NCBI GenBank assembly: GCA_016926755.1
Contig: JAFGNZ010000231.1
Location: 1,008 to 65,007, forward strand
Length of the DNA stretch: 64,000 nt
Direction of reading: 5' to 3'
Origin: Myxococcaceae bacterium
GTDB lineage: Bacteria; Myxococcota; Myxococcia; Myxococcales; Myxococcaceae
Part shown: positions 35,615 through 43,822 of the stretch, in pieces
Position numbering within the stretch: the stretch's first letter is position 1
Layout: the number at the start of each line of letters is the position of its first letter
The notes under the pieces: generated by a model
What the model was told of the DNA's origin: nothing
The model's database searches: none
Seen by the model: only the letters and a program-made list of their open reading frames with translations
Position numbers and translations under genes: made by a program

Positions 35615-36691
35615 CTACCTCACAGGGCGCAGGGATACCGAGCTCGGGCGCCGAGCGGGCGGCTCGGGCGCGCGCCCGGGCTCGACGCGGATGGCGCTGA
35701 CCTCGAGCGGCTCGCGCTGCAGCACGAGGTGGCCCCGCCAGAGCATGAACAGCCTCATGGCGTCCGTGTCTACGATCACCGTGTCGAGGTTCAGCGGCAG
35801 CCACGTGTCCGGCTGGCCATGGCAGGCCACCAGCACGCGCGGCGGCGGGGTGCCGGGGAGCTGGAACGAGAGCCTGCCCTCGGGGGTGGCGTTGGCGATG
35901 ACGACGGGCTCCCCCCCCTGCAGGTAGCCGGGCGCGATCAGGCCGGGCGACGCGGCGTTGAGGAACCGCCGATCGAAGTCGCGCGGCAGCAGCGGCTTGC
36001 GGGACTTCTCCCAGGCCTCGTCGTAGGTGCCCGCCAGGGCGGCGCGGGGCTGCCAGTGGGGGCTGATGAAGCCGAAGCCCGCGGGCGGGGGAGTGTCTCC
36101 CCAGCCCTTCAGCGGCTGGGCGGGATCCTCCAGGTTGGGGAGGCGAACCCCCTCCTCGAAGCGGCCGCTCCTGGAGCGGAACCCCGTGCCCACCGGGTTG
36201 CGCGGCTCGAACTGGTGCCTGGCCGCGTCCGGATCGCTGCGATCCCAGCCGCCGAAGGCCCGCTCGTAGCGCAGGGGGATGCGCTCGAAGGGCACGGGCT
36301 TCGTCATGGAGATGCTGCCCATGCTCTTGAACCAGGCCCGATCGCCGATCACCCGCACGCCCTTCTGCAGGCCCCCGACTCGCAGCGCGACCAGCAGCTC
36401 GCGGGTGTTGCGCTCCTGCGCGTGGGCGTGGCCCACGAGGACCACGTCCGTGGCGGGCTTGAAGAAGGCGACCTCGGGCTCGTACCGATCGCTGGATTCG
36501 TCCGCGTCGTCCCAGCGCTTGCCCTTCAGCTCGAGGGGCGCCTGCTCCTCCGCCAGCGTGAGCGCGCCCTGAGGGCTGATCTCATAGGTGGCCTTCACCA
36601 CCGGGACGCAGAGCGGACGCATCTCCTCGTCCGCCAGGAAGAGCGGCTCGAACGTGAAGGGCGTGAGGTTCTCGATTCCGGGGTGCGCCAT
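35615..36691 (-). CDS. DUF2169 family T6SS accessory protein
   Basis: 358 aa. NLTPFTFEPLFLADEEMRPLCVPVVKATYEI..., ATDVVLVGHAHA, ERAFGGW, NPVGTGF and the C-terminal NLDTVIVDTDAMRLFMLWRG match the DUF2169 pattern usually found next to vgrG. Confidence 0.8.
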   Translation of the reverse strand: MAHPGIENLTPFTFEPLFLADEEMRPLCVPVVKATYEISPQGALTLAEEQAPLELKGKRWDDADESSDRYEPEVAFFKPATDVVLVGHAHAQERNTRELLVALRVGGLQKGVRVIGDRAWFKSMGSISMTKPVPFERIPLRYERAFGGWDRSDPDAARHQFEPRNPVGTGFRSRSGRFEEGVRLPNLEDPAQPLKGWGDTPPPAGFGFISPHWQPRAALAGTYDEAWEKSRKPLLPRDFDRRFLNAASPGLIAPGYLQGGEPVVIANATPEGRLSFQLPGTPPPRVLVACHGQPDTWLPLNLDTVIVDTDAMRLFMLWRGHLVLQREPLEVSAIRVEPGRAPEPPARRPSSVSLRPVR

Positions 36692-36759
36692 GCCCCCCCT
36701 TTCTATCAGGGGTTGGCGGGCGCTCGCTCAGGGCTTCGTGCTGGCTGACCCGGAATCCG

Positions 36760-38199
36760 TCATCGCCCTCGGGCGAGGGCGGGGCGAAGGCGCGCGGGCG
36801 GGGAGTCCGGCGAGGGACGGATCCACACCTTCGGAGCGAGCCCGTCCACCTCGCGCGCGAGATCCACCTCCGGATCCAGGAAGGCCGCCGCGGGGCGCCC
36901 GTTGAGCGACACCCGCGCGTCGGCATGCACCTCGACGGGGCCCTTCCCCTGCGCCTCGAAGTCCCGGGCGATGCGCCGGGCAAGCTGCAGGATCAGATCG
37001 GGCTGCACTGACATCTCCCGCTCCTGGATCGGGGTGAGGTACTGGCGCGGAGGAACATGCCACTCCCTGCCTGTGGCCGGGGAGCGCACCACGAAGGTCA
37101 CGCTGCCGTTCTTCTCCCGAGCCATCACCCGCCACGAAAAGCGCATGCCCTGCTCGTGCCAGAGGACGTTGCCGCCGTAGAGGTGCGTCCTGAGGGGCAG
37201 GAGGAGCTGGAGACCGCCGTAGATCACCGCCACGCCCAGCGCGAGCCGGGCCTTCCAGCCGGGAGGCGCCAGGGCGGGCGCCGCGAGCGTTGCCGGCGGC
37301 TCGGGTCGGCGGCCCTCCTGCTTGAGCAAGGAGCGCAACCGCGCGGCCAGCCTCCGCGGCCAGGACGGCTCGAAGAAGACCAGCGCGGCGGTGACCATGA
37401 TGACGGGGAACATCCCGATGGGGAACAGCGCCGAGGTGGCCACGTGGAACCCCAACACCACCGCATAGGCGAGCGGGCGCAGCCGGCGCGTGAGGAGGAA
37501 GGCGACGATGGTCGTGTCGAAGAGGAACCCCGCCCAGGCCGCCGCATACGCCACCCAGCGCTGATCCAGGATCGGCCCCACGAGCGGCAGGTCCGTGCGC
37601 GCCGACAGCCAGATGTTGAGGGGCTGCGCGTGGAGCAGCCAGTCCTTGGTGAGCTTGGCCAGCCCGGCAAACACGTAGACCACTGCCACCTGGAAGCGCA
37701 GCAGGTACGTGCACCACGCCGGCAGCGTGTCTCGCCGCAGCTCGGGCCGCCGCCACGCGTCGACGGAGAAGGCCCGGTGCGCCGGGATGAAGCTGAGCAG
37801 CCCGGCCAGCAGGCTCACCAGGTAGTAGTGGTTGAGGTACGTGGTGACGTCCACGAGCTGGACGTAGGTGAACGTGACGAACAGGAGCGCGAGCGCCACG
37901 CGGTAGTAGAGGCCCACCGCCACGCAGAGCCCCAGCACCCCCAGCGCCGCGAAGATGGCGTGGATCCACGGCGCGGATAGCGCCGGCACCCAGCCGAAGC
38001 CCCAGTAGGTGAAGTGGAAGCTCGGCCGGACGAAGAACTCGTCGACCCAGCCGTAGGCCAGGAAGCGCGCCGCCGACACCGAGACCATCAGCCCGAACGC
38101 GATCCGGAAGATCGCCAGCGCCGCGATGTCTCGGGGGGCCAGCAGGCGCTCCCAGAGGCGACTCACGCCCCGCCGCCCGCGCGCCTCCTGCTCAGTCAT
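36760..38199 (-). CDS. HTTM domain (vitamin K-dependent gamma-carboxylase-related) membrane protein
   Basis: 479 aa and polytopic. IAALAIFRIAFGLMV...FFVRPSFHFTYWGFGWV...YYRVALALLFVTFTYVQLVDVTTYLNHYYLVSLL is the HTTM signature region. Its start overlaps the upstream imelysin-like gene by 8 nt. Confidence 0.8.
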   Translation of the reverse strand: MTEQEARGRRGVSRLWERLLAPRDIAALAIFRIAFGLMVSVSAARFLAYGWVDEFFVRPSFHFTYWGFGWVPALSAPWIHAIFAALGVLGLCVAVGLYYRVALALLFVTFTYVQLVDVTTYLNHYYLVSLLAGLLSFIPAHRAFSVDAWRRPELRRDTLPAWCTYLLRFQVAVVYVFAGLAKLTKDWLLHAQPLNIWLSARTDLPLVGPILDQRWVAYAAAWAGFLFDTTIVAFLLTRRLRPLAYAVVLGFHVATSALFPIGMFPVIMVTAALVFFEPSWPRRLAARLRSLLKQEGRRPEPPATLAAPALAPPGWKARLALGVAVIYGGLQLLLPLRTHLYGGNVLWHEQGMRFSWRVMAREKNGSVTFVVRSPATGREWHVPPRQYLTPIQEREMSVQPDLILQLARRIARDFEAQGKGPVEVHADARVSLNGRPAAAFLDPEVDLAREVDGLAPKVWIRPSPDSPPARLRPALARGR

Positions 38200-39406
38200 T
38201 GTCCCCCTCGAGGCTCTGGGGCAGCTCGAGATCGAGCACGGTGGCCAGCTCGGTCTTGAGGAGATCCGTCACTCCCTTGATCGCGTCGTAGACCGCGCGG
38301 ACCGAGGCCTTGTCCTGGACGAGGGCCTCCCTGAAGTCCGCCTCCTCCACGGCTCCCAGCGCGGCCTCGGCCGCCACCACCCGCTCCCGCAGCTTCACCG
38401 CGAGCGGCTCCGAGCCCACCGCCACCAGCAGATCGTCGAACCCCTTGCCCGCGAAGCCCTCACCACACCCCTCGATGATGCGCCGGAATCCCACCAGGTT
38501 GGCCCGCACGTTCGCCTTCGAGCGTCCCGCGAAGCTCGACTCCAGGCTCTCCGGACACGTGTCCGCGTCGCAGTTCCGCAGCCCGAGCGGCTCCGCGAGC
38601 TTCATGTCCTTGACGTCCTTCTCCACATAGAAGAGCGCATCGCTCACGGAGTTCAGCGCCGCCTGGCTCGTCGGATACACCGCGTTGCCAGGGCCCGCCG
38701 TCTCCAGCGTCTGCGCGAAGTTCCCCTTCCCCGCCGCCCACGCATCCACCAGCTCATCCGCGCGCTGGCGCACGGCTGCCGCCGCCGCCGCCGCATACGC
38801 GCGCTTGCGCGCCTGCAGCTCGTCCGCCGAGAGCGCCGCCCACCCCCCGCTGGACACCGCCGGAGAGCTTGGCGGGCAGATCGTATCGCTCCCCTCGTAG
38901 AACAGCAGGTACTCGATCGCGTAGAGCCCGCGGCGGCTCACCAGCGACGTGGGAAAGTCCGATGCCTCGTAGCCGCGAGCGGCGAGCTGCTCCTCGAGGG
39001 AGCACCGGCTCACCAGGGGCCAGGAGTAGATGTTGTCCCGAAGCTCCTGCCCCCCCGGCAGGCTCCGCAGCGCCGCGGGCCCGATCTGCATCACCTCGAG
39101 CACCTGCCACGCGTCCATCGCCCGCTGGTAGGCCTCGCGCGCGGCCTCACGCCTGCCAGCGTCGGGGCCGGTGGCCAGGGCCCCCGTCGCCGCCTCCAGT
39201 TGCGCCGCGAGCGCCTGGAAGTCTCCCGCGCTCTTCCGCACGCAGGCGCTCACCGCGCTCAGCAGCTCCTTGCGCTCTGCCTCCGCGCCAGGCCCGCCGC
39301 CCCCATCCGGTTTGCCCCCACCCTCCTTGCAGGCGCACAGAGACGTCAGAGCGGCAAGCACGAGCACGCCCGCACGACGGGACTCCTCGGATCGGATTCG
39401 CTGCAT
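38192..39406 (-). CDS. imelysin-like (peptidase M75 / IrpA-type) lipoprotein
   Basis: Lipobox LAALTSLCAC. Helical protein with imelysin-like blocks (AYQRAMDAWQVLEVMQIGP, IYSWPL, GLYAIEYLLFYEG). It lies downstream of Fur-box-like sites. Confidence 0.6.
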   Translation of the reverse strand: MQRIRSEESRRAGVLVLAALTSLCACKEGGGKPDGGGGPGAEAERKELLSAVSACVRKSAGDFQALAAQLEAATGALATGPDAGRREAAREAYQRAMDAWQVLEVMQIGPAALRSLPGGQELRDNIYSWPLVSRCSLEEQLAARGYEASDFPTSLVSRRGLYAIEYLLFYEGSDTICPPSSPAVSSGGWAALSADELQARKRAYAAAAAAAVRQRADELVDAWAAGKGNFAQTLETAGPGNAVYPTSQAALNSVSDALFYVEKDVKDMKLAEPLGLRNCDADTCPESLESSFAGRSKANVRANLVGFRRIIEGCGEGFAGKGFDDLLVAVGSEPLAVKLRERVVAAEAALGAVEEADFREALVQDKASVRAVYDAIKGVTDLLKTELATVLDLELPQSLEGDND

Positions 39407-39430
39407 GCCCTGCCCCTAGCAGGCGACTTT

Positions 39431-39449
39431 AGAAATGACAAGCATTCTC
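39431..39449. promoter_or_regulatory. weaker Fur-box-like site proximal to the imelysin-like gene
   Basis: The reverse complement GAGAATGCTTGTCATTTCT matches 12/19 positions of the E. coli Fur consensus GATAATGATAATCATTATC (hand count). It sits in an AT-rich patch 25 nt upstream of the minus-strand start at 39406. Confidence 0.3.
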
Positions 39450-39516
39450 AAAAACAGCCCCGCTCAGGAGCCGGCTTGCTTGACAGCCCCGAGCGCGGTG
39501 AGGTAACTGCCGTATC

Positions 39517-39543
39517 AATTGAAAACGATAATCGTTTTCAATT
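39517..39543. promoter_or_regulatory. Fur box: perfect 13-1-13 palindrome
   Basis: AATTGAAAACGAT-A-ATCGTTTTCAATT is a perfect inverted repeat. The core GAAAACGATAATCGTTTTC (39521..39539) matches 15/19 of GATAATGATAATCATTATC. It lies 33 nt upstream of the ATG at 39576, in the divergent intergenic region of an iron-type locus. Confidence 0.6.
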
Positions 39544-39575
39544 CCATCCTCGACTCGACCCTGGGAGGGGCAGAG

Positions 39576-41033
39576 ATGAAGAACGAGACAGCGTCCCGTG
39601 ACTTCGGGAGCACATTCGTGGGCGCGGCGGTGCTGGCGCTCGCCCTGGCCCTCGCGGGCGGCTGCGGTGATGAGACGCCGGAGGAGCCCGGCCCGGACGC
39701 TGGCACGGACGCTGGCACGGACGCCGGCACGGACGCCGGCACGGATGGCGGGATCCTGCCCTCCGAGGACACCGAGTTCGCGATCGCGCGCTTCAACGCC
39801 AATGGCACCCTGGACACCTCGTTCGGCACCAACGGCGTCGCGCACGTGGAGCTGGGCGCTGGCACCACGAGCGTGCGCGAGAACCTCTGGGGGATGGCGC
39901 GTGACAGCTCGGACCGGCTCGTCCTGTTCGGCTCTCGGAAGGGCAAGGATCGCATCGACGCCGACCGGGTCGTCGTGCGGCTCACCGCGAACGGCGCGCT
40001 GGACACGACGTTCGCCGCCGCCACCGAGAACGTGCACTCCCTCAACATCTCCAACCTGGGCGACAACGCCCGCCACGGCATCGTCCAGCCTGACGGGAAG
40101 CTCGTGGCCTCCGGGTACACCTCCCAGCCGACGGGTGTGGGGACGCAGTCCGCCAACCGGGTGGTGCTGCTGCGGCTGAACGAGGACGGCACGCCGGACA
40201 ACAGCTTCGGCGCGAAGGGCGTGGTGAACTCGGCGCCGTACATGCCCGCCGATCCCGTCAACACCGAGTGGGGCATGGCCGAGGCGTACGCCGTGGGCTA
40301 TCAGGCCGGCAAGTACGTCACCGTCGGCTATGGCCGCTCCGCGCCCTCGGGCACCGTGGACCTGGTCTCCTTCCGCTACACGGAGAGCGGGCAGCTCGAC
40401 ACCACCTGGGGCACCCACGGCATCTTCAACCTGGGCCTGGCGGGTGACGATCGGGGGCGCAACATGGTCGTCCTGCCGGACAACCGCGTGTTCATGGTGG
40501 GCAGCGCCACCGCGAGCTCTCAGAACATCGACGCCATGACGCTGATGCTCACGCCAGAGGGAGACCGGGACACGGACTACGCCCCGGAGGGCTACAAACT
40601 CCACACCTTCGACCGCACGGACGAGGCGTTCTTCGGCGCCGCCGTCTCGCCGGCCGGGGATTGGGTCGCCGCGGCGGGCTACGTCGCCGGCGGCGCCGAG
40701 GATGAAGATGCGCTCCTGTACCTGCTGCCGACGGGGGGCGGCAGCGAGTTCATCCAGACCGTCCCGCTCTCCGAGACGGCGAATGATCGCTTCTGGGCCG
40801 TCGCCTTCGACTCGGAGGGCAAGGCCTACGGCGCCGGCTTCGTGACGGAGAACGGTGACAGCCGCATGGCCGTGGCGCGCTTCAACACGGATGGATCGCG
40901 CGACACGAGCTTTGGGACGGGTGGCGTCGTCACCCTCAACGTCATCGAGGCCGGCACGGTGGAGGCGGTCCGCGCCGTCGTCATCCAGTCGGACGGCAAG
41001 GTGGTCGTCGCAGGCACCGTGGAGAAGAAGTAG
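39576..41033 (+). CDS. delta-60 repeat (beta-propeller) lipoprotein
   Basis: The start was moved to the ATG at 39576, after GGGAGGGG (the track start at 39519 lies inside the Fur palindrome). Lipobox LALALAGGC. Repeats of the type ARFNANGTLDTSFGTNGV, VRLTANGALDTTF, LRLNEDGTPDNSFGAKGV, FRYTESGQLDTTWGTHGI and ARFNTDGSRDTSFGTGGV are present. Confidence 0.7.
   Translation: MKNETASRDFGSTFVGAAVLALALALAGGCGDETPEEPGPDAGTDAGTDAGTDAGTDGGILPSEDTEFAIARFNANGTLDTSFGTNGVAHVELGAGTTSVRENLWGMARDSSDRLVLFGSRKGKDRIDADRVVVRLTANGALDTTFAAATENVHSLNISNLGDNARHGIVQPDGKLVASGYTSQPTGVGTQSANRVVLLRLNEDGTPDNSFGAKGVVNSAPYMPADPVNTEWGMAEAYAVGYQAGKYVTVGYGRSAPSGTVDLVSFRYTESGQLDTTWGTHGIFNLGLAGDDRGRNMVVLPDNRVFMVGSATASSQNIDAMTLMLTPEGDRDTDYAPEGYKLHTFDRTDEAFFGAAVSPAGDWVAAAGYVAGGAEDEDALLYLLPTGGGSEFIQTVPLSETANDRFWAVAFDSEGKAYGAGFVTENGDSRMAVARFNTDGSRDTSFGTGGVVTLNVIEAGTVEAVRAVVIQSDGKVVVAGTVEKK
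39696..39743 (+). repeat. 4 x 12-bp tandem repeat encoding (DAGT)4 in the lipoprotein linker
   Basis: gacgctggcacg gacgctggcacg gacgccggcacg gacgccggcacg, read directly from the sequence. Confidence 0.9.
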
Positions 41034-41093
41034 GCACCGCGCCACGCGGCCGGCGCCAGATGCAGGGGCTCGCCTTCCAAGGAGAAGTCTTCA

Positions 41094-43514
41094 ATGGATG
41101 CACGTGTGTGGGTGGTCGCGGCGCTCTTGCTCGCCGCGACCAGGGCGGATGCTCAATCGACCGAGCCGGAGGCCACGCCGCCGCCCGGAGTCGGGGAGTC
41201 CCCGCCCCCTCCCCCGGCGCCCCCCCCTGTCCCCGCGCAGGAGGGCGAGCCTCCAGCGCCAGCCTCCCCGGCGCCTCCCTCGCCCACGCCCACTCCGCTA
41301 CCGGATGGCATGCCGCCCGCGCCCGGACCGGGGGAGCCGAGCCCGGAGCTCCAGGAGGCCGCGCCTCCGGTCGAGCCGCCGAGCCCCGAGCCCGCGGCGC
41401 CCCCGGAGCCCTCCGAGGCGGGGCAGAAGAAGTTCGAGAGCGTGGTCGTCGGGACCTCCGAGGCGCGCACGAGCGGCTCGGTCCACATCGTCAAGGCCAG
41501 CAAGCTGCAGCGCTTCGAGCAGGATGATCCGCACGCGGTCCTGCAGTCCGTCCCCGGCGTCTACACCCGAGGTGAGGATGGCTTCGGCCTCCGGCCGAAC
41601 GTGGGGCTGCGTGGGGTCAACCCCGATCGCAGCAAGAAGGTGACGCTCCTGGATGACGGCGTCCTCTTCGGTCCGGCTCCCTACTCCGCGCCCGCGGCCT
41701 ACTACTTCCCGCTGATCACCCGCATGCAGGGCGTGCGCATCCTCAAGGGGCCCGCGGCCATCCAGCACGGCCCCCAGACGGTGGGTGGCTCCGTGGAGCT
41801 CATCACCCGGGACATCCCCGCCGGGGATGACTTCGGGGTGGACGTGGGCGGCGGCCAGGATCTGTACGGCAAGTTCCACGGCTACTTTGGGGCGAGCACC
41901 GAGCGCTCGGGGTTCCTGGTGGAGGGGCTGCACCTGCGGAGCAATGGCTTCAAGGAGCTGGACGGCGGCGGCCACACGGGCTTCCGGCGCAACGAGTGGA
42001 TGCTGAAGGCCCGCCACCAGCTCGACGTGACGGGTGACTCCCGCCACAGCCTCCAGCTCAAGCTCGGCTACTCCGATGAAGGATCGAACGAGACGTACCT
42101 GGGCCTGAGCGATGCGGACTTCCAGGCGAACCCGCTGCGCCGCTACGGCGCGAGCCGGCTGGATCGCATGGAGAACCAGCGCACCCAGGTCGTCCTCAGC
42201 CATCACCTCGAGTCCGGCGCGCTGGCGGTGACGACCTCGGCCTACCGGCACGACTTCCACCGCGCCTGGCGCAAGGTGAACCGCTTCCAGGGCACGGACA
42301 TCGCCAGCGTGCTCGCGGATCCCACGAGCGCGCGCAACGCCATCTACTACGGGGTCCTCACCGGGCAGCTCGACTCCTCCACGCCGCAGGAGACACTGCT
42401 GATCGGCCCCAATGATCGCACCTTCGTCTCCCAGGGGCTACAGAGCGTGGGGAGGTGGAGCACGAGCACCGGGCCGGTGAGCCACAACCTGGAGCTGGGG
42501 GCGCGCTACCACTTCGACAGCATCGAGCGGCTCCACTCGGAGGACGGCTTCCAGGTGCTCGCGGGAGAGCTCGTCCCGACCGGCGGCCCCACGGCCACCA
42601 CCGCCAACAACCGCGACTCGACGCACGCGGTGGCGCTCCATGTGACCGACGCGATGACCTGGGGGCGGCTGGTGGTGACGCCGGGCCTCCGGCTCGAGGT
42701 GCTGCGCTCACAGTCCGTGGATCGTCTCTCCGGCGAGCACCAGGAGGGCGCCGTCGAGGTGCTCCTGCCGGGCCTGGGCGTCTACGGCGCGCTCACCCAC
42801 TCCCTGGGCCTGTTCGCCGGGGTGCACCGTGGCTTCTCGCCACCCGCGCCAGGACAGCCCTCCGCGGTGCTCCCGGAGGAGAGCCTCAACGTCGAGGCAG
42901 GCGCCCGGTGGGCGCGCAGCGGCGAGCGCTTCGAGCTGGTGGGCTTCCTCAACGCCTACTCGAACCTGACGGACATCTGCACCTTCTCCAACGGGTGCCT
43001 GGACGAGGACCTGGATCGCCAGGTGGACGCAGGGGCCGCCCGCATCCTCGGGCTGGAGGCCTTCGCCGAGAAGACGTTCCGGCCGGGCGGCGGGGTGACG
43101 TTCCCCACCTCGATCTCCTACACGCTCACGCGCACGCGGCTGCTCGAGGACTTCCGCTCGGCGGATCCGCAGTACGGCGTGGTGCGCGCCGGGGACGAGA
43201 TGCCGTATGTGCCGCGGCACCAGCTCTTCGCCTCGGCGGGTGTGGAGTCGGCGCGCGGGGGCCTCCACCTGAGCGCCACCTTCGTGGACTCCATGCGCGA
43301 GGAGGCGGGCCAGGGCGAGCTGGAGCCGGGGAAGAAGACAGATCCCCTGCTCACCTTCGACCTGAGCGCGAGCTGGAGCTTCGCCAAGGAGGCCGCGCTC
43401 TACCTCAACGCGCGCAACCTGCTGGACAACCGGGTCATCGTGTCGCGCCGGCCATACGGGGCGCGGCCCAATGCGCCACGCGCGATCCTGATCGGGCTGA
43501 AGTACTCGCTCTGA
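41094..43514 (+). CDS. TonB-dependent outer-membrane receptor with ~100-aa Pro-rich N-terminal extension
   Basis: AAGGAGAA RBS. Signal peptide (VVAALLLAATRADAQ). Plug domain blocks (VLQSVPGVYTRGEDGFGLRPNVGLRGVNPDRSKKVTLLDDGV, ILKGPAAIQHGPQTVGG), followed by a long beta-barrel. Confidence 0.85.
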   Translation: MDARVWVVAALLLAATRADAQSTEPEATPPPGVGESPPPPPAPPPVPAQEGEPPAPASPAPPSPTPTPLPDGMPPAPGPGEPSPELQEAAPPVEPPSPEPAAPPEPSEAGQKKFESVVVGTSEARTSGSVHIVKASKLQRFEQDDPHAVLQSVPGVYTRGEDGFGLRPNVGLRGVNPDRSKKVTLLDDGVLFGPAPYSAPAAYYFPLITRMQGVRILKGPAAIQHGPQTVGGSVELITRDIPAGDDFGVDVGGGQDLYGKFHGYFGASTERSGFLVEGLHLRSNGFKELDGGGHTGFRRNEWMLKARHQLDVTGDSRHSLQLKLGYSDEGSNETYLGLSDADFQANPLRRYGASRLDRMENQRTQVVLSHHLESGALAVTTSAYRHDFHRAWRKVNRFQGTDIASVLADPTSARNAIYYGVLTGQLDSSTPQETLLIGPNDRTFVSQGLQSVGRWSTSTGPVSHNLELGARYHFDSIERLHSEDGFQVLAGELVPTGGPTATTANNRDSTHAVALHVTDAMTWGRLVVTPGLRLEVLRSQSVDRLSGEHQEGAVEVLLPGLGVYGALTHSLGLFAGVHRGFSPPAPGQPSAVLPEESLNVEAGARWARSGERFELVGFLNAYSNLTDICTFSNGCLDEDLDRQVDAGAARILGLEAFAEKTFRPGGGVTFPTSISYTLTRTRLLEDFRSADPQYGVVRAGDEMPYVPRHQLFASAGVESARGGLHLSATFVDSMREEAGQGELEPGKKTDPLLTFDLSASWSFAKEAALYLNARNLLDNRVIVSRRPYGARPNAPRAILIGLKYSL

Positions 43515-43822
43515 GCCGGATCCCGCCCCCGCGACGAGCGGAGCTGGGGCACCCGCGCTGGACGATCGCTCCGCCCAGCGGCCGAGGAACAGCCAGGCAG
43601 GCGCCTCTCCACCTCCACCACCACCGGACCCTCGCGGTGGGCCCGGGTCCCCCTGGACGGGGCTCTGTCTGTGTTCCCCCGGCCTTGCAGCACCCGCTGC
43701 TGGACGGTGTCATGGGTGGGCAATCAACCCCTTCTCCAGAGCACGCTCCCGGCCATGCCCCGCTTCATACGTTGGGGCAAACACCGCCCTCCGTCCAGAG
43801 AGGGCCCTCGCAGGGAGATGTG

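Noticed and set aside
29775-35804. A 2009-aa minus-strand ORF that would be a giant VgrG-like protein.
   Set aside because: Only the part from the GTG at 33188 downward reads as VgrG. Everything upstream (33189-35804) is Arg/Ala/His/Gly-rich sequence exactly antisense to the well-formed plus-strand vgrG (33309..35579). It is an open antisense frame typical of high-GC DNA.
39480-39508. A TTGACA hexamer (39480-39485) as the -35 element of the Fur-controlled plus-strand operon.
   Set aside because: No convincing -10 hexamer lies at 16-19 nt spacing (GTAACT/TAACTG only). The better TATCAA is 27 nt away. The promoter cannot be placed from sequence alone.
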